From Gammaproteobacteria bacterium (GTDB lineage: Bacteria; Pseudomonadota; Gammaproteobacteria; CBDBNL01; JAAOII01), in contig OZ242372.1 in assembly GCA_965209035.1 (NCBI GenBank), positions 544,001 through 608,000 on the forward strand: 64,000 bases of DNA, given 5' to 3'. Positions 1 to 11,276 of the stretch are shown here, one piece after another. Positions within the stretch are counted from its first letter, which is position 1. Each line of letters opens with the position of its first letter. Position numbers and translations under genes: made by a program. The notes beneath the pieces were generated by a model that worked only from the letters and a program-made list of their open reading frames with translations, made no database searches and had not been told where the DNA came from.

Positions 1-151
1 AATCCGAACGACGGACGCGCTGCTGCTGTTGCTGACCGGGCGGGTTGCTTAGATTACACTTGGTGTCTAACGGACGAACGCCGCTCTTGTGTTCCAAATC
101 AACCGACTCGCGCCGTGACAACTTACACTTTGGTCCCAGATATCGCGCCAT
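1..151 (-). CDS. rpsD: 30S ribosomal protein S4, 5' part (runs off window start)
   Basis: Hand translation [32 protein letters not shown]...; ATG overlaps the rpsK stop (TAATG); not in ORF track. Confidence 0.95.
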   Translation of the reverse strand, partial: MARYLGPKCKLSRRESVDLEHKSGVRPLDTKCNLSNPPGQQQQQRVRRSD

Positions 152-552
152 TATGGTCTCCTTCTTTTGGGCGGACGACAACCGTTATGCGGTATGGGCG
201 TCACATCCGATATTTTACTAATATGAACTCCCAGCAAGTTAATTGCCCGGATTGCGGAATCGCGGCCGGGGCCGGGACCCTTGACCCGAACTTCCGCCCG
301 AGAAAATCCCATTTCCATCACTTCTTTAATAACCTTCTCACAAGCCGTTTGTGCGGCAAATGGGGTGCTCTTACGCGCACCGCGAAAACCCGAACCGCCT
401 GCGGTAGCCCAGGCATAGGTATTACCCTGCATATCGGTCACCGTAATAATCGTATTATTAAAGGAAGTATGAATATTGATGATTCCTTCCGTCAATACTT
501 TCTTTTTCTTACTCTTGGCGGATGCCCTTTTTTTTGATTTTTGTTCTGCCAT
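151..552 (-). CDS. rpsK: 30S ribosomal protein S11
   Basis: [37 protein letters not shown]. Confidence 0.98.
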   Translation of the reverse strand: MAEQKSKKRASAKSKKKKVLTEGIINIHTSFNNTIITVTDMQGNTYAWATAGGSGFRGARKSTPFAAQTACEKVIKEVMEMGFSRAEVRVKGPGPGRDSAIRAINLLGVHISKISDVTPIPHNGCRPPKRRRP

Positions 553-560
553 TTTTCTGT

Positions 561-917
561 TTATCTCTTAATCAGTTTTACCGGTCCCTTGCGCGTTCGG
601 GCATTGGTTTTCGTTCTCTGGCCTCTGACCGGAAGATGAAACCTGTGCCGCAAACCGCGATAGGCTCCCATGTCTATCAATCGCTTAATACTCATAGAAT
701 TCTGCCGCCTGAGATCTCCTTCGGTCGTATACTTGCGAATCTCAGTGCGCAGTTTACCCAAAGTATCTTCACTTAAGGTCTTCAAACGCACGGACGGACT
801 AACACCGCATGCCTCACAAACCTTAAATGCGGTGGTCTTGCCGATCCCGTAAATGTGGGTCAGCGAAATCACCGTATGCTTGTTATCGGGAATATTGACC
901 CCCGCTATCCGTGCCAT
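561..917 (-). CDS. rpsM: 30S ribosomal protein S13
   Basis: [10 protein letters not shown]...[24 protein letters not shown]. Confidence 0.98.
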   Translation of the reverse strand: MARIAGVNIPDNKHTVISLTHIYGIGKTTAFKVCEACGVSPSVRLKTLSEDTLGKLRTEIRKYTTEGDLRRQNSMSIKRLIDMGAYRGLRHRFHLPVRGQRTKTNARTRKGPVKLIKR

Positions 918-924
918 CCGCCGA

Positions 925-1041
925 CTATCCTTGTCTTTGCTTTAATCTCGGCTGACGCTTACAGATCACCCGCAACACTCTTTTGCGACGCACTATTTTA
1001 CAGTCGCGATTAATTTTTTTGATACTTGAACGAACTTTCAT
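925..1041 (-). CDS. rpmJ: 50S ribosomal protein L36
   Basis: Hand translation [38 protein letters not shown] (38 aa), canonical position between secY and rpsM. Confidence 0.95.
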   Translation of the reverse strand: MKVRSSIKKINRDCKIVRRKRVLRVICKRQPRLKQRQG

Positions 1042-1042
1042 A

Positions 1043-2371
1043 TTATCTGGCTACTCTGCCTCTGGTTCTGTTCAATCCCGCCTTTTTTAGAACCGAACTA
1101 TATTGACTTGACATTAAATGAGATTGAATCTGAGAAATAAAATCCATAACCACCACCACAACGATTAGGATAGATGTGCCCGCAAAGAAAAAGGGAATAT
1201 TCATACCGACAAGGATCATTTGTGGCAAAAGAGAAACGGCCGTAATATACAAACTGCCAAACACCGTCAAACGGGTTAAAACATTGTCAATATAATCCGC
1301 CGTATGAGTGCCGGGACGAATACCCGGGATCAGGGCGCCGGATCTCTGCAAGTTGTTTGCAACATCACGCGGATTGAATACCAATGCCGTATAAAAGAAA
1401 CAAAAGAAGATCACCGCTGCGGCAAAAATAAAATTGTAAAGCGGTTGGCCGGGTGCCAACAAAAGCGAGATGTCTTGCAACCAACCCAACCCGTCTCCTC
1501 CCTGGCCCACCCATTGCCCCAGAGTGGCGGGAAACAAAAGAAGACTGGAAGCAAAAATCGGAGGAATGACACCCGCCACATTCACCTTAAGCGGTAAATG
1601 AGAATACTGGCGCGCATAGATCCCGCCCTGGGTCATACGATTTGCATAGTTTATCGTAATGCGTCTCTGCCCTCTTTCAATAAAGATGACAAACATCACA
1701 GTCAAAAAGACAAAAATCACAAACCCCAACCCGATCAGAATACTAATATCACCCTGACGCATCAGGTCCGCCGATTGCCCCACCAACGAAGGAATTCCGG
1801 ACACAATACTCGCGAAAATAAGCAAGGAGATGCCGTTACCGATCCCTCTTTCATTAATCTGTTCTCCCAGCCACATTAAAAACACCGAACCCGCAACAAA
1901 ACTGATGGTAGATATCAGGTAAAAAGAAACATTCGGGTCAATGGCGATCTCCTGATTTGCCAAGGCCGCCGCAATGCCAAACCCCTGAACCGTGGAAATG
2001 CCCACCGTGAGATAACGCGTATACTGATTGATTTTTCGCCTCCCGCTCTCCCCTTCTTTGCGCAGTTGCTCCAAAGTCGGCACAACCGCCGACATCAACT
2101 GCATAATAATGGCAGCGGAAATATAGGGCATAATACCCAGGGCAAAAATACTCATCCGTTCAAGTGCCCCGCCCGAGAACACATTGAACAAACTCAGAAT
2201 CGTTCCCTGATTATAGTTAAAAATCTCCGCCAACCGAATCGGGTTAATCCCCGGCAACGGAATGTGAGCCCCCATGCGATAGACGACCAGAACTCCGAAA
2301 ACGAACAACAGGCGACGGAACAATTCGCCCATTGACGATTGCATCGGCTGATTTCTTTTATTTGTCGCCAT
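1043..2371 (-). CDS. secY: Preprotein translocase subunit SecY
   Basis: [37 protein letters not shown]; multiple TM segments. Confidence 0.98.
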   Translation of the reverse strand: MATNKRNQPMQSSMGELFRRLLFVFGVLVVYRMGAHIPLPGINPIRLAEIFNYNQGTILSLFNVFSGGALERMSIFALGIMPYISAAIIMQLMSAVVPTLEQLRKEGESGRRKINQYTRYLTVGISTVQGFGIAAALANQEIAIDPNVSFYLISTISFVAGSVFLMWLGEQINERGIGNGISLLIFASIVSGIPSLVGQSADLMRQGDISILIGLGFVIFVFLTVMFVIFIERGQRRITINYANRMTQGGIYARQYSHLPLKVNVAGVIPPIFASSLLLFPATLGQWVGQGGDGLGWLQDISLLLAPGQPLYNFIFAAAVIFFCFFYTALVFNPRDVANNLQRSGALIPGIRPGTHTADYIDNVLTRLTVFGSLYITAVSLLPQMILVGMNIPFFFAGTSILIVVVVVMDFISQIQSHLMSSQYSSVLKKAGLNRTRGRVAR

Positions 2372-3086
2372 CTTCTTTCTTGGAATTCATGATGTCAGTA
2401 GTGTCGGTAGCATCGGGTTTCACCTCTGCTTCCGGGGATTCGGATACTTTCGGGGCTGCCCCTTCTGTCTTAACATCCGCGGCAACATCTTCTCCGGTCG
2501 TCTTTTTCTTTGCCACAACTTCTGTCTTACCCGCCGGCTTGGCGGCCTGCTCAGTTGCCGCGGTTTTCTTTGCGGGAGATGCGGCATCCGCAGAGTGCTC
2601 TTTCCTTTTCTTTTTTTCCTTTACATCCGCAGCCGTACCGGTAAGAAGGATCTTGCCCTTTTGGGAAACGATCGCCGCACTCGCACCTTTGGTAACCTTG
2701 ATGTTCACATCGTCCAACACCACACTTTTGGTAAGTTCCCCCGAAAGAAAAATTCTGACACGCTTGATGTTCTTGCGCACGATACCGGCATCCTTAAGTG
2801 CTTGCAGATTCACGGTATCTTTTTCCAACAGATTCAACTCGCCCAGACGCACCGAAGCATCGGTGGACGCTGTCGGCGAAGTAAATCCGAATTTCGGCAA
2901 CCTTCTTTGCAACGGCATTTGACCGCCTTCAAACCCTTTCATAGAAGTGGACACCCCGGAACGGCTTTTTTGTCCCTTGTGTCCTCTGCCGCAGGTCTTG
3001 CCCTTACCGCTGCCAATCCCTCTGCCAACACGCATTCTCTTCTTGCGGGAGCCTTCGGCGGGTACTATCGTATTCAAAAATAACAT
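2358..3086 (-). CDS. rplO: 50S ribosomal protein L15 with ~95 aa C-terminal extension
   Basis: [43 protein letters not shown]; Ala/Lys/Glu-rich tail. Confidence 0.97.
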   Translation of the reverse strand: MLFLNTIVPAEGSRKKRMRVGRGIGSGKGKTCGRGHKGQKSRSGVSTSMKGFEGGQMPLQRRLPKFGFTSPTASTDASVRLGELNLLEKDTVNLQALKDAGIVRKNIKRVRIFLSGELTKSVVLDDVNIKVTKGASAAIVSQKGKILLTGTAADVKEKKKRKEHSADAASPAKKTAATEQAAKPAGKTEVVAKKKTTGEDVAADVKTEGAAPKVSESPEAEVKPDATDTTDIMNSKKEDGDK

Positions 3087-3268
3087 TACTCGCAGACCTT
3101 CACCATATAATTCACCTTCGCGATCATCCCGCGCACCGACGGTGTATCCTCCACTTCCGTTTCTTGCCCTATCTTACTTAGACCCAAACCATAAACACAC
3201 TTCTTGTGTTTTGGCAAGCGACCTATCAGACTTTTCACCAACTTAACCTTAACGACAGGTTTCTTCAT
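3086..3268 (-). CDS. rpmD: 50S ribosomal protein L30
   Basis: [19 protein letters not shown]...[12 protein letters not shown]. Confidence 0.97.
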   Translation of the reverse strand: MKKPVVKVKLVKSLIGRLPKHKKCVYGLGLSKIGQETEVEDTPSVRGMIAKVNYMVKVCE

Positions 3269-3288
3269 TATTTATTTATCCCTTTTAC

Positions 3289-3813
3289 TTATTGCTGCTT
3301 ATCCGCCTGCGGGGGTTTTTCCCGATGCTTTCTGCCGTGGCGTTTGCGATAAACATCCCGGGGCGAAAGCATCTCCCGCAATCCCTTGAATGTCGCATGA
3401 ACAATGTTAACCGGATTGGTTGAACCATAACTCTTTGCCAGAACATTACGAACTCCCGCCAATTCAAGAACAGCCCGCATGGCACCGCCGGCAATCAAAC
3501 CGGTTCCCTCTGCGGCAGGTTGCATATAAACCCGGGACGCGCCGTGTCTCGCTTTGATGGGATACTGCAGTGTGGCACCTTTGGGCGCTATCTTCACTTC
3601 TATCATATTGCGTCTGGCCGCGTCCAAAGACTTCTGCATCGCAACCGGCACCTCGCGCGCCTTGCCACGCCCAAACCCCACCTTGCCGTTGCCGTCGCCG
3701 ACTACAGTGAGCGCACTAAATCGCAGGATACGACCGCCCTTCACCACCTTGGTGACGCGACGAATATCTACCTGTTTTTCTTGCAGAGCCGAAGACTCTT
3801 CAAATGATGCCAT
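3289..3813 (-). CDS. rpsE: 30S ribosomal protein S5
   Basis: [35 protein letters not shown]; GSTNPVN. Confidence 0.98.
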   Translation of the reverse strand: MASFEESSALQEKQVDIRRVTKVVKGGRILRFSALTVVGDGNGKVGFGRGKAREVPVAMQKSLDAARRNMIEVKIAPKGATLQYPIKARHGASRVYMQPAAEGTGLIAGGAMRAVLELAGVRNVLAKSYGSTNPVNIVHATFKGLREMLSPRDVYRKRHGRKHREKPPQADKQQ

Positions 3814-3943
3814 GATTTTCTTTACTTTACTTTTCTTTGTTAATTAATGTTAATGGTGAGCTGCCGAAATAGGGCAAAATGAACACATTTCGTTTTCTAT
3901 TATAGGGTACACAAGAATCCAAATTCCCAATAAGTCTTATCTG

Positions 3944-4297
3944 TTAAAACTTCAATCCGTTTTCGCGGGCAGATTCGGCAAGTGCCTTAACACAACCGTG
4001 ATACTTAAAACCCGAACGGTCAAATCCCACCGTCTCTATCTTTTTCTTGATCGTTCGCACCGCTATCAAACTGCCCACTATTTTGGCGCCTTCCAGACCT
4101 TTATGCGTTTTTTTGGCACGCAGCTCTTTTTCCACGGTAGAAGCGGATGCCAAAATCTTGCCGCCATCCGCGGTGATCACCTGAGCATAAATGTGCTTAC
4201 CGGAGCGAAACACACTCAAACGCGGCAACTTGCATTCACGCAACAACATCCGGCCGCGCTTCGCCCGTCTGAGTCGGTTATTTTTTTTGATACTCAT
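3944..4297 (-). CDS. rplR: 50S ribosomal protein L18
   Basis: [34 protein letters not shown]. Confidence 0.97.
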   Translation of the reverse strand: MSIKKNNRLRRAKRGRMLLRECKLPRLSVFRSGKHIYAQVITADGGKILASASTVEKELRAKKTHKGLEGAKIVGSLIAVRTIKKKIETVGFDRSGFKYHGCVKALAESARENGLKF

Positions 4298-4302
4298 CGG
4301 AA

Positions 4303-4842
4303 TTATTTCTTCTTCTTGGCTTCTTTCAAAATAATCTCTTCGTCCGCATATCGGACACCCTTGCCTTTGTAAGGATCCGGCCGTCTCAGGCTGCGTATTT
4401 CCGCCGCAATCTGCCCCACCCGTTGCTTATCGATACCGGACACTGTGAGTTTGGTCTGATCCTCCGGTTTTGCCTGCACATCCGCGGGCATCTTGTATAT
4501 GATAGGGTTTGAATAACCCAGCGATAATTTAAGGTCTTTCCCTTGCTGTTCCACCCGATAACCGACCCCGCGCAGTTCCAAATTCTTGGAAAAGCCATCG
4601 GTCACCCCGACAAACATATTTTGCGTTAATCTGTGCAGTGTTCCCGCCATGGCACGCGACTGTTTGTTCTCGCTATCCGTGGGAACGAAAAACAGAGCAT
4701 CTTCTTCCTGCCGACATGTCACCAACGGATGCATTCTTAAAGATGCCTCGCCTTTGGATCCTTTTACACGAAGTTGATTTTCTTTCAAACTCCATTCCAC
4801 GGACTGCGGAATCTTTACGGGAATTTTAGCAAATCTTGTCAT
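4303..4842 (-). CDS. rplF: 50S ribosomal protein L6
   Basis: [18 protein letters not shown]. Confidence 0.97.
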   Translation of the reverse strand: MTRFAKIPVKIPQSVEWSLKENQLRVKGSKGEASLRMHPLVTCRQEEDALFFVPTDSENKQSRAMAGTLHRLTQNMFVGVTDGFSKNLELRGVGYRVEQQGKDLKLSLGYSNPIIYKMPADVQAKPEDQTKLTVSGIDKQRVGQIAAEIRSLRRPDPYKGKGVRYADEEIILKEAKKKK

Positions 4843-4851
4843 TTGGAATAT

Positions 4852-5247
4852 TTAGAATACGGAGCACAAAAGTTCGCCGCCGACTTTCAGTTTACGCGCT
4901 TCTTGACCGGTGATCACTCCGCCGGAAGTGGACAGAATACATACCCCAAGCCCCGAACGAATCTGCGGGATTTCGTCAAACTTGCAATAGGAGCGCAATC
5001 CGGGACGACTAATGCGTTTAATTTCGGCGATGACCGGCTTATCTTTGTAATACTTCAGCCCGATCTTCAATACCGGAAAGCGTTCATCACGCATCACCTC
5101 ATAACTCTTGATATAGCCCTCGTCTTGTAAAATTTTTGCCACGCTCTCCTTAAGACCGGAGGACGGCATTTCCACCCAAGATTTACGCACCATCAGAGAA
5201 TTTCTGATGCGTGTCAGCATATCGCTCAAAGGATCTTGCATACTCAT
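4852..5247 (-). CDS. rpsH: 30S ribosomal protein S8 (start corrected to MSMQDP)
   Basis: MSMQDPLSDMLTRIRN, RISRPGLR, GGELLC. Confidence 0.97.
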   Translation of the reverse strand: MSMQDPLSDMLTRIRNSLMVRKSWVEMPSSGLKESVAKILQDEGYIKSYEVMRDERFPVLKIGLKYYKDKPVIAEIKRISRPGLRSYCKFDEIPQIRSGLGVCILSTSGGVITGQEARKLKVGGELLCSVF

Positions 5248-5251
5248 TTTT

Positions 5252-5557
5252 CTACCAACTTGCTTTTTTGATACCGGGTATCTCGCCGCGCATTGCCAGC
5301 TCACGCAACTTGTTGCGTCCCAGACCAAACTTTCTATAAACTCCCCGCGGTCGCCCGGTGAGATAACAACGCAGACGCAACCGCACCTTGCTGGAATTGC
5401 GCGGTAATTGTTGCAGTTTCAACTGCGCGTCCCAACGCTCCTTCTCATCAAGTTTCGGATCTATCACAAGTGCCTTAAGTTCCTTGCGCTTGGCGGCATA
5501 AAATTCCACCAACCGTTGTCTCTTGTGTTCGCGCGCGATAACAGATTTCTTTGCCAT
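5252..5557 (-). CDS. rpsN: 30S ribosomal protein S14 (long, 101 aa form)
   Basis: LPRNSS..R...[37 protein letters not shown]. Confidence 0.98.
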   Translation of the reverse strand: MAKKSVIAREHKRQRLVEFYAAKRKELKALVIDPKLDEKERWDAQLKLQQLPRNSSKVRLRLRCYLTGRPRGVYRKFGLGRNKLRELAMRGEIPGIKKASW

Positions 5558-5568
5558 AATTTGTAATT

Positions 5569-6108
5569 TTAAGAACGAAACGGAAATCCCAAAGATTTCA
5601 ATAACATTAAACTTTCCTCGTCATTGCCTCCCGTAGTCGTCACCGTAATATCCAGCCCCCGTAACTTGTCTATTTTCTCATAATTGATTTCCGGGAAAAC
5701 AATCTGCTCCGTAATGCCCATGGAAAAATCTCCGTGACCATTAAAAGCCTTCGGATTAAGCCCGCGAAAGTCACGCACCCGCGGCAAATCAATATAAACC
5801 AACTTATCCAAAAAGTGCCACATCCGCTTTTTACGCAGGGTCACCTTGCAACCAATCGGCCAACCCGCCCGAATCTTAAACCCGGCGATAGACTTACGGG
5901 CTTTGGTCACCGCCGGCTTCTGCCCGCTGATCAAACGCAAGTCATCCATGGCCTTATCAAGGACGGACTTATCCGCAACCGCCTCGCCAACTCCCATGTT
6001 CAAGACCACCTTTTCTACGCGTGGCACGCGCATCGGGCTCTTAAAAGAATAATGCTTCATCATCTGCGGCACAGATTCCTTTTTATATTTCTCCAGTAAA
6101 AGCGACAT
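5569..6108 (-). CDS. rplE: 50S ribosomal protein L5
   Basis: [38 protein letters not shown]. Confidence 0.98.
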   Translation of the reverse strand: MSLLLEKYKKESVPQMMKHYSFKSPMRVPRVEKVVLNMGVGEAVADKSVLDKAMDDLRLISGQKPAVTKARKSIAGFKIRAGWPIGCKVTLRKKRMWHFLDKLVYIDLPRVRDFRGLNPKAFNGHGDFSMGITEQIVFPEINYEKIDKLRGLDITVTTTGGNDEESLMLLKSLGFPFRS

Positions 6109-6113
6109 CTTTG

Positions 6114-7058
6114 TTATGATACCTTAATTTTATGTAACTCGTTTTTAATTCTATCTTTGGTGACGGCGACCGCATCCTTGTTCTCGTCTATGAGAATGCA
6201 TTTGCGCTGATGACTGAGGGCCGCGATGCCCGCGGTGCCACTGCCGGCAAAAAAATCCAACACCTTATCACCCGGGTTGGAATGAATCCGAACAATTCTG
6301 TCCAAAATCGCAAGCGGTTTCTGTGTCGGATAGTCCGTCCGCTCCTTGCCGTTGGTTGGCACAATGGTTTGCCACCAAACATCCGTGGGTGTCTTACCCT
6401 GTTCGGCTTTTTTCTCACCCACCAGACCGGGTGCCATGTAAGGGATACGGTCCATCGCCGCATAATTGAAAGTATACTTCTCTTTGTCTTTCGCATACCA
6501 AAGAATATTGTCGTGCTTGGTCGACCATTTTGTCCGGGATCTCGCGCCAAAATCATACACCCAGATGATTTCGTTAACAAAATTATCTCTGCCAAAAATA
6601 CGATCCAGCAGAACCTTGCAGTAATGCGCCTCGCGATAATCAATATGCAAAAAGAAACTGCCGTCATCCGCCAACAGACGATGTGCCTGTTGCAAGCGCG
6701 GCTCCATAAATGCAATGAAATCGTCAAACTTATCTCCGTAAGAGAGAGCGGACAAATGTTCTGTCTTGTACGACTTACCGCCAAAACCAAGGCGCTTGCC
6801 GTTCGGGTCCGCCTCTGTCTTAATTCTCTTGTATGTTTGCGCTTTTTGCGTATTAAACGGCGGGTCTATGTAAATCAGGTTTGCCACACCGTCCGGCAGC
6901 AGCGGCAATATGTCCAGGTTATCACCGCAGAACAACTCACAATCCGGATGAGAAACCTCAACCCGAAATTTGTCTGTGTTGGTCTCGGGCATGTCCGCAC
7001 GGAACGAAACCTTGCGAGCCGCCCCGTTTTGGTCGGGCAGGTTGGTCATCTCGGTCAT
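6114..7058 (-). CDS. Site-specific DNA methyltransferase, N6-adenine/N4-cytosine, beta class (start uncertain; ORF open to 7130)
   Basis: Motif IV IYIDPPF precedes motif X/I YPTQKP...[10 protein letters not shown] (beta order); GDNL near N-terminus. Confidence 0.93.
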   Translation of the reverse strand: MTEMTNLPDQNGAARKVSFRADMPETNTDKFRVEVSHPDCELFCGDNLDILPLLPDGVANLIYIDPPFNTQKAQTYKRIKTEADPNGKRLGFGGKSYKTEHLSALSYGDKFDDFIAFMEPRLQQAHRLLADDGSFFLHIDYREAHYCKVLLDRIFGRDNFVNEIIWVYDFGARSRTKWSTKHDNILWYAKDKEKYTFNYAAMDRIPYMAPGLVGEKKAEQGKTPTDVWWQTIVPTNGKERTDYPTQKPLAILDRIVRIHSNPGDKVLDFFAGSGTAGIAALSHQRKCILIDENKDAVAVTKDRIKNELHKIKVS

Positions 7059-7077
7059 TATTTCGGCTGTTTGCAAC

Positions 7078-7386
7078 TTACAACTCCTTATTGCTTGATT
7101 TAAAAAACCTGACCTTCTTGCCCTTGTCATCTTTTTTATAAGAAATCTTTTCCACCTTATTGGTCTCCGGATTCACCGGCACCACGTTGGATATATGCAA
7201 TGACAGATGTTTGGTGATAATTCCGCCGGGCTTGTTCGCATTGGGATTCCCGCGCTGATGTTTCTTGTAAGCATTCAGACTGCGAAGCATCACCCTGTCG
7301 CCAATAATTTTTTCAACCACATCGGTCTTCTTCTTATCCTTGCCGGTAAGAATCATGACCCTGTCATTGCGTTTAATTCTTCTCAT
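7078..7386 (-). CDS. rplX: 50S ribosomal protein L24
   Basis: IKRNDRVMILTGKDK, GGII...LHISNV; follows rplN. Confidence 0.95.
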   Translation of the reverse strand: MRRIKRNDRVMILTGKDKKKTDVVEKIIGDRVMLRSLNAYKKHQRGNPNANKPGGIITKHLSLHISNVVPVNPETNKVEKISYKKDDKGKKVRFFKSSNKEL

Positions 7387-7400
7387 CTTGCTATAAACTT

Positions 7401-7769
7401 CTAAAGAACTTCCGGTGCCAGTGAAACGATACGCATAAAATTGCTGACCCTCAGTTCGCGCGTCACCGGACCAAAGATACGCGTACCAATCGGGGCACGC
7501 TGCTGATTAAGCAGAACGCAAGCATTATCGTCAAAACTAATCAAAGCCCCGTCCGAGCGTCGCACTCCCTTCTTGGTTCTGACGACCACCGCAAAAAAGA
7601 CCTCTCCTTTCTTAACGCGTCCGCGCGGAATGGCATCTTTAACAGTCACCTTAATAACATCGCCGACGGAAGCATACCTTCTTTTGGAACCGCCCAGCAC
7701 CTTGATGCAGAGAACTCTGCGGGCACCGCTGTTGTCCGCCACATTGATCATTGTCTCGGTTTGAATCAT
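7401..7769 (-). CDS. rplN: 50S ribosomal protein L14
   Basis: [22 protein letters not shown]...[13 protein letters not shown]...LAPEVL. Confidence 0.98.
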   Translation of the reverse strand: MIQTETMINVADNSGARRVLCIKVLGGSKRRYASVGDVIKVTVKDAIPRGRVKKGEVFFAVVVRTKKGVRRSDGALISFDDNACVLLNQQRAPIGTRIFGPVTRELRVSNFMRIVSLAPEVL

Positions 7770-7771
7770 CG

Positions 7772-8023
7772 TTACTTTTCGTTAATATGAACAATCTCAA
7801 AAAACTTTGTTTTGGCAATCGGCCTGGTCTCGCCGATGCTCACTCGATCGCCCGTCTTGGCTTTGTTTTCCGGGTCATGAGCATGAATCTTTGTGGAGCG
7901 TTTAATGTACTTCCCATAAAGAGGATGCTTAACCTTTCGGGTAATTGAAACAGTCACGGTCTTATCCATCTTGTCACTCACCACTACGCCCGTAAGGACT
8001 CTTCTATTCGGTTTGTCTGTCAT
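7772..8023 (-). CDS. rpsQ: 30S ribosomal protein S17
   Basis: [14 protein letters not shown]...[13 protein letters not shown]...ETRPIAKTK. Confidence 0.98.
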   Translation of the reverse strand: MTDKPNRRVLTGVVVSDKMDKTVTVSITRKVKHPLYGKYIKRSTKIHAHDPENKAKTGDRVSIGETRPIAKTKFFEIVHINEK

Positions 8024-8034
8024 TATTTACTTGT

Positions 8035-8298
8035 CTATTTATTCGTATTCCCTTTTTCCTTGGCGGATATCTTTTCGTTCCCCTTTCGCAGATTCTCCGT
8101 CATCAAGGTTTTAATGCGGGCAATCTCACGCCGATTCACCTTCAAAAGATGAGTCTGCGACAGTCTCCCGGTCTTGTGTTGCATCCTGTAACGAAACAAT
8201 TCCTCGCACCGTTCCAATAAAAGGTTGGGCAGTTCTTCCGGTTGCTTTTGACGGAAGTCGCGTATCACCTTGCGGGTAATTTTCTTTTCCTTAGCCAT
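8035..8298 (-). CDS. rpmC: 50S ribosomal protein L29 (start corrected to MAKEKK)
   Basis: [32 protein letters not shown]. Confidence 0.93.
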   Translation of the reverse strand: MAKEKKITRKVIRDFRQKQPEELPNLLLERCEELFRYRMQHKTGRLSQTHLLKVNRREIARIKTLMTENLRKGNEKISAKEKGNTNK

Positions 8299-8710
8299 AA
8301 AAATCGCTTCTCTTAACAAATACGGTAGATACCGGCAGTTTACTTGCCGCCAATCGCATCGCTTCCCGTGCCAGTGGCTCCGGCACGCCGTCCATCTCAT
8401 AAAGCATGGTCCCGGGTTTCACCGGGGCCACCCAGTATTCCACGGCACCCTTGCCCTTTCCTTGACGCACCTCAAGCGGTTTTTGCGTAATCGGCTTGTC
8501 CGGAAAAATCCGAATCCAAATCTGGCCGCCGCGCTTGACATGTCTGGTCATTGCACGCCGCGCCGCTTCTATCTGCCGGGAAGTAATTCGCTGATGAGCG
8601 GTTGCACGCAATCCGTATTCACCAAAGGATACTTGATTACCGCGACAAGCCAGGCCTCTGTTGCGTCCCTTCTGCTGCTTACGATACTTGGTTTGTTTTG
8701 GCTGTCTCAT
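8291..8710 (-). CDS. rplP: 50S ribosomal protein L16
   Basis: [44 protein letters not shown]. Confidence 0.98.
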   Translation of the reverse strand: MRQPKQTKYRKQQKGRNRGLACRGNQVSFGEYGLRATAHQRITSRQIEAARRAMTRHVKRGGQIWIRIFPDKPITQKPLEVRQGKGKGAVEYWVAPVKPGTMLYEMDGVPEPLAREAMRLAASKLPVSTVFVKRSDFYG

Positions 8711-9489
8711 CTCCCTCTTGGCGGTTTAGTGCCGCCGCCCGGTCCTCGTTCTCTTGGCGGTTTGCCACCGCCGCCCGGTCCTCGTTTTAATTTTTTCTTG
8801 CCCGACCGACGCAGTCCCCGCTTCTGTGCGGCATCCTCATCTTCGGCATAACTCTTGGCAAAATCCATAATCTCGGAACGAAAAATCCAAACCTTCACTC
8901 CCAGAATCCCGTATGTTGTCTTGGCTTCAATCATCGCATAATCAATATCCGCACGCAGGGTATGCAGCGGTACACGCCCCTCTTTGTAACTTTCCGAGCG
9001 CGCAATATCCGCCCCCGCCAAACGTCCGCTCACTGCCACCTTTATTCCCAAAGCACCCGCCTCCATAGTGGAACTTACCGCCCGCTTCATCGCCCGCCGA
9101 AACATCACCCGTTTTTCCAATTGGCGCGCTATGCCTTCCGCCACCAACCGACTTGCCAACTCCGGCTTATGAATTTCTTGAATATCTATGTAAACATCCA
9201 TACCCAGACAACGCGAAGCAATTTTGTTGAGGGCATCAATCTCCGCTCCTTTTTTACCTATGACGATACCGGGTGAGGCGGTGCGAATGATCACCTGCGC
9301 ATTGTTTGCCATTCTTTCAATACGAATCTCGCTCACAGACGCTCTTTCAAATCTTGCCATCAACTCGCCCCGCAGCTTAATATCCGCCAGAAGATTGCTG
9401 GTGTACTTGCTTTTTTCCGCATACCAAATAGCCGAATGCCGTTTGGTAATTCCCAAACGCATGCCAATCGGATGAACTTTCTGACCCAT
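8707..9489 (-). CDS. rpsC: 30S ribosomal protein S3
   Basis: [36 protein letters not shown]. Confidence 0.98.
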   Translation of the reverse strand: MGQKVHPIGMRLGITKRHSAIWYAEKSKYTSNLLADIKLRGELMARFERASVSEIRIERMANNAQVIIRTASPGIVIGKKGAEIDALNKIASRCLGMDVYIDIQEIHKPELASRLVAEGIARQLEKRVMFRRAMKRAVSSTMEAGALGIKVAVSGRLAGADIARSESYKEGRVPLHTLRADIDYAMIEAKTTYGILGVKVWIFRSEIMDFAKSYAEDEDAAQKRGLRRSGKKKLKRGPGGGGKPPRERGPGGGTKPPRGR

Positions 9490-9494
9490 AATGA

Positions 9495-9833
9495 TTAGCC
9501 GCTCAATTCAATTGTAATGTGACTGGATCGTTTGATGATCCTGTCCGCCCGTCCTCGCGCGCGCGGCTTCATTCGCTTCAAAACACCCGCCTTATCCACC
9601 GATATCTTGCTCAACACAAAATTTTCCGGGTTCTCGCCAAGATTATTTTCCAAGTTGGCAAGAGCGGACTTAAGCGTTTTATCCAAGTAGGTCGCCGCCT
9701 TACTGTTGTTAAACATCAAAATGTTCAACGCCTGAGACACCTTTTTGCCGCGAATTAATTTGGCAAGAGGTCTCACCTTTGCGGGCGATATCCGAGCACT
9801 CTTATAAACAGATCGTATTGAAGCCATGATCAC
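9495..9833 (-). CDS. rplV: 50S ribosomal protein L22
   Basis: [30 protein letters not shown]. Confidence 0.97.
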   Translation of the reverse strand: MIMASIRSVYKSARISPAKVRPLAKLIRGKKVSQALNILMFNNSKAATYLDKTLKSALANLENNLGENPENFVLSKISVDKAGVLKRMKPRARGRADRIIKRSSHITIELSG

Positions 9834-10105
9834 TTCTGTGTTTTTCTGTCACCGGAATGTCCCTTAAAAGTGCGAGTAGGTGCAAACTCGCCCAACTTGT
9901 GTCCGACCATGTTTTCGTTAATAATGACAGGTATGTGTGCCCGCCCGTTATGAACGGCAATCGTCAAACCCACCATGTCCGGGAAAACAGTGGTTCGGCG
10001 CGACCAGGTCTTAATTGGCTTCTTATCTTTGGTTTCCACCGCCTTTTGAATCTTATTTAAGAGAGCACCGTCAATGAAAGGAGGTTTTTTAAGAGAACGC
10101 GACAT
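9830..10105 (-). CDS. rpsS: 30S ribosomal protein S19
   Basis: [25 protein letters not shown]. Confidence 0.98.
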   Translation of the reverse strand: MSRSLKKPPFIDGALLNKIQKAVETKDKKPIKTWSRRTTVFPDMVGLTIAVHNGRAHIPVIINENMVGHKLGEFAPTRTFKGHSGDRKTQK

Positions 10106-10110
10106 AATGA

Positions 10111-10950
10111 TTATCTCTTCTTCCCTTGCTGTCTCTTACGCACAATGAAAACATCCGTATTTTTTCTGTGACGCGTTTTATATCCTTTGGTCTTTACTCC
10201 CCAAGGGGTTACCGGATGGCGGCCACCCGATGTCTTGCCTTCGCCGCCGCCGTGAGGATGATCCACAGGATTCATCGCAACACCGCGCACCGTCGGTCTA
10301 ATTCCGCGGTGACGACTTGCCCCCGCTTTGCCAAGGGCTATCAGCCCGTGTTCTTCATTGCCAACCTCACCGACCGTCGCACGACAATCCAACAAAATTT
10401 TTCGCATCTCACCGGAGCGCAGCCTCATAGTGGCATAATTGCCTTCCTTGGCAACCAATTGCACCGAAGTACCCGCACTGCGCGCCAACTGGGCCCCCTT
10501 CTGCGGCTTGAGTTCCACACAATGCATCACAGTCCCCAAAGGCACCGAACGAAGCGGCATGGCGTTACCGGGTTTGATCGGGACATCCTTCTTACCCGAA
10601 AGAATTGAAGAATCCACATCAACCTTTTGCGGGGCAAGAATATAGCGTCTCTCTCCGTCCGCATACTTAATCAGAGCGATGTGGGCACTGCGATTGGGAT
10701 CATATTCCAGTCTCTCCACTATGCCGGGAACTCCGTCCTTATCGCGCTTAAAGTCTATGATCCTGTATCTGCGTTTTGCACCGCCCCCCTGGTGTCGCAC
10801 CGTGATTCTCCCCTGATTATTGCGACCAGACTTCGCATTCAAAGGTGCGGTCAAAGGTGCATGGGGCTTGCCTTTGAATAAAAACGAATAGTCCGCCTTA
10901 ATTCTGTGGCGATGGCCGGGCGATGTGGGTTTTAACTTAATAGTTGGCAT
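10111..10950 (-). CDS. rplB: 50S ribosomal protein L2
   Basis: [35 protein letters not shown]. Confidence 0.99.
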   Translation of the reverse strand: MPTIKLKPTSPGHRHRIKADYSFLFKGKPHAPLTAPLNAKSGRNNQGRITVRHQGGGAKRRYRIIDFKRDKDGVPGIVERLEYDPNRSAHIALIKYADGERRYILAPQKVDVDSSILSGKKDVPIKPGNAMPLRSVPLGTVMHCVELKPQKGAQLARSAGTSVQLVAKEGNYATMRLRSGEMRKILLDCRATVGEVGNEEHGLIALGKAGASRHRGIRPTVRGVAMNPVDHPHGGGEGKTSGGRHPVTPWGVKTKGYKTRHRKNTDVFIVRKRQQGKKR

Positions 10951-10961
10951 CTTGTATCCTC

Positions 10962-11276
10962 TTATGCCCCTTCCACAAAGAAATCTATGCGTTCCCCTTT
11001 TGCCAAGGAGACATAAGCCTTCTTATAACCGGAGCGCACCCCCGCGCGACCGGTGCGAATGTTACGCACCTTTTCCGGCTTGAGATTCACAATTCGCACC
11101 GCGGTAACCTTCACATCAAACAGTTTCTGCACCGTATCCTTAACCATTTGCTTGGTCGCTTGCGGCAACACACGAAAAACATACTGCCCGTACTTGCTAT
11201 TGAGATCATTGCTCTTCTCGGACACATGGGGAGCAAGAATCACCTTATACATAAATTCTTCTTTTGTCGTGGTCAT
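10962..11276 (-). CDS. rplW: 50S ribosomal protein L23
   Basis: [16 protein letters not shown]. Confidence 0.96.
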   Translation of the reverse strand: MTTTKEEFMYKVILAPHVSEKSNDLNSKYGQYVFRVLPQATKQMVKDTVQKLFDVKVTAVRIVNLKPEKVRNIRTGRAGVRSGYKKAYVSLAKGERIDFFVEGA

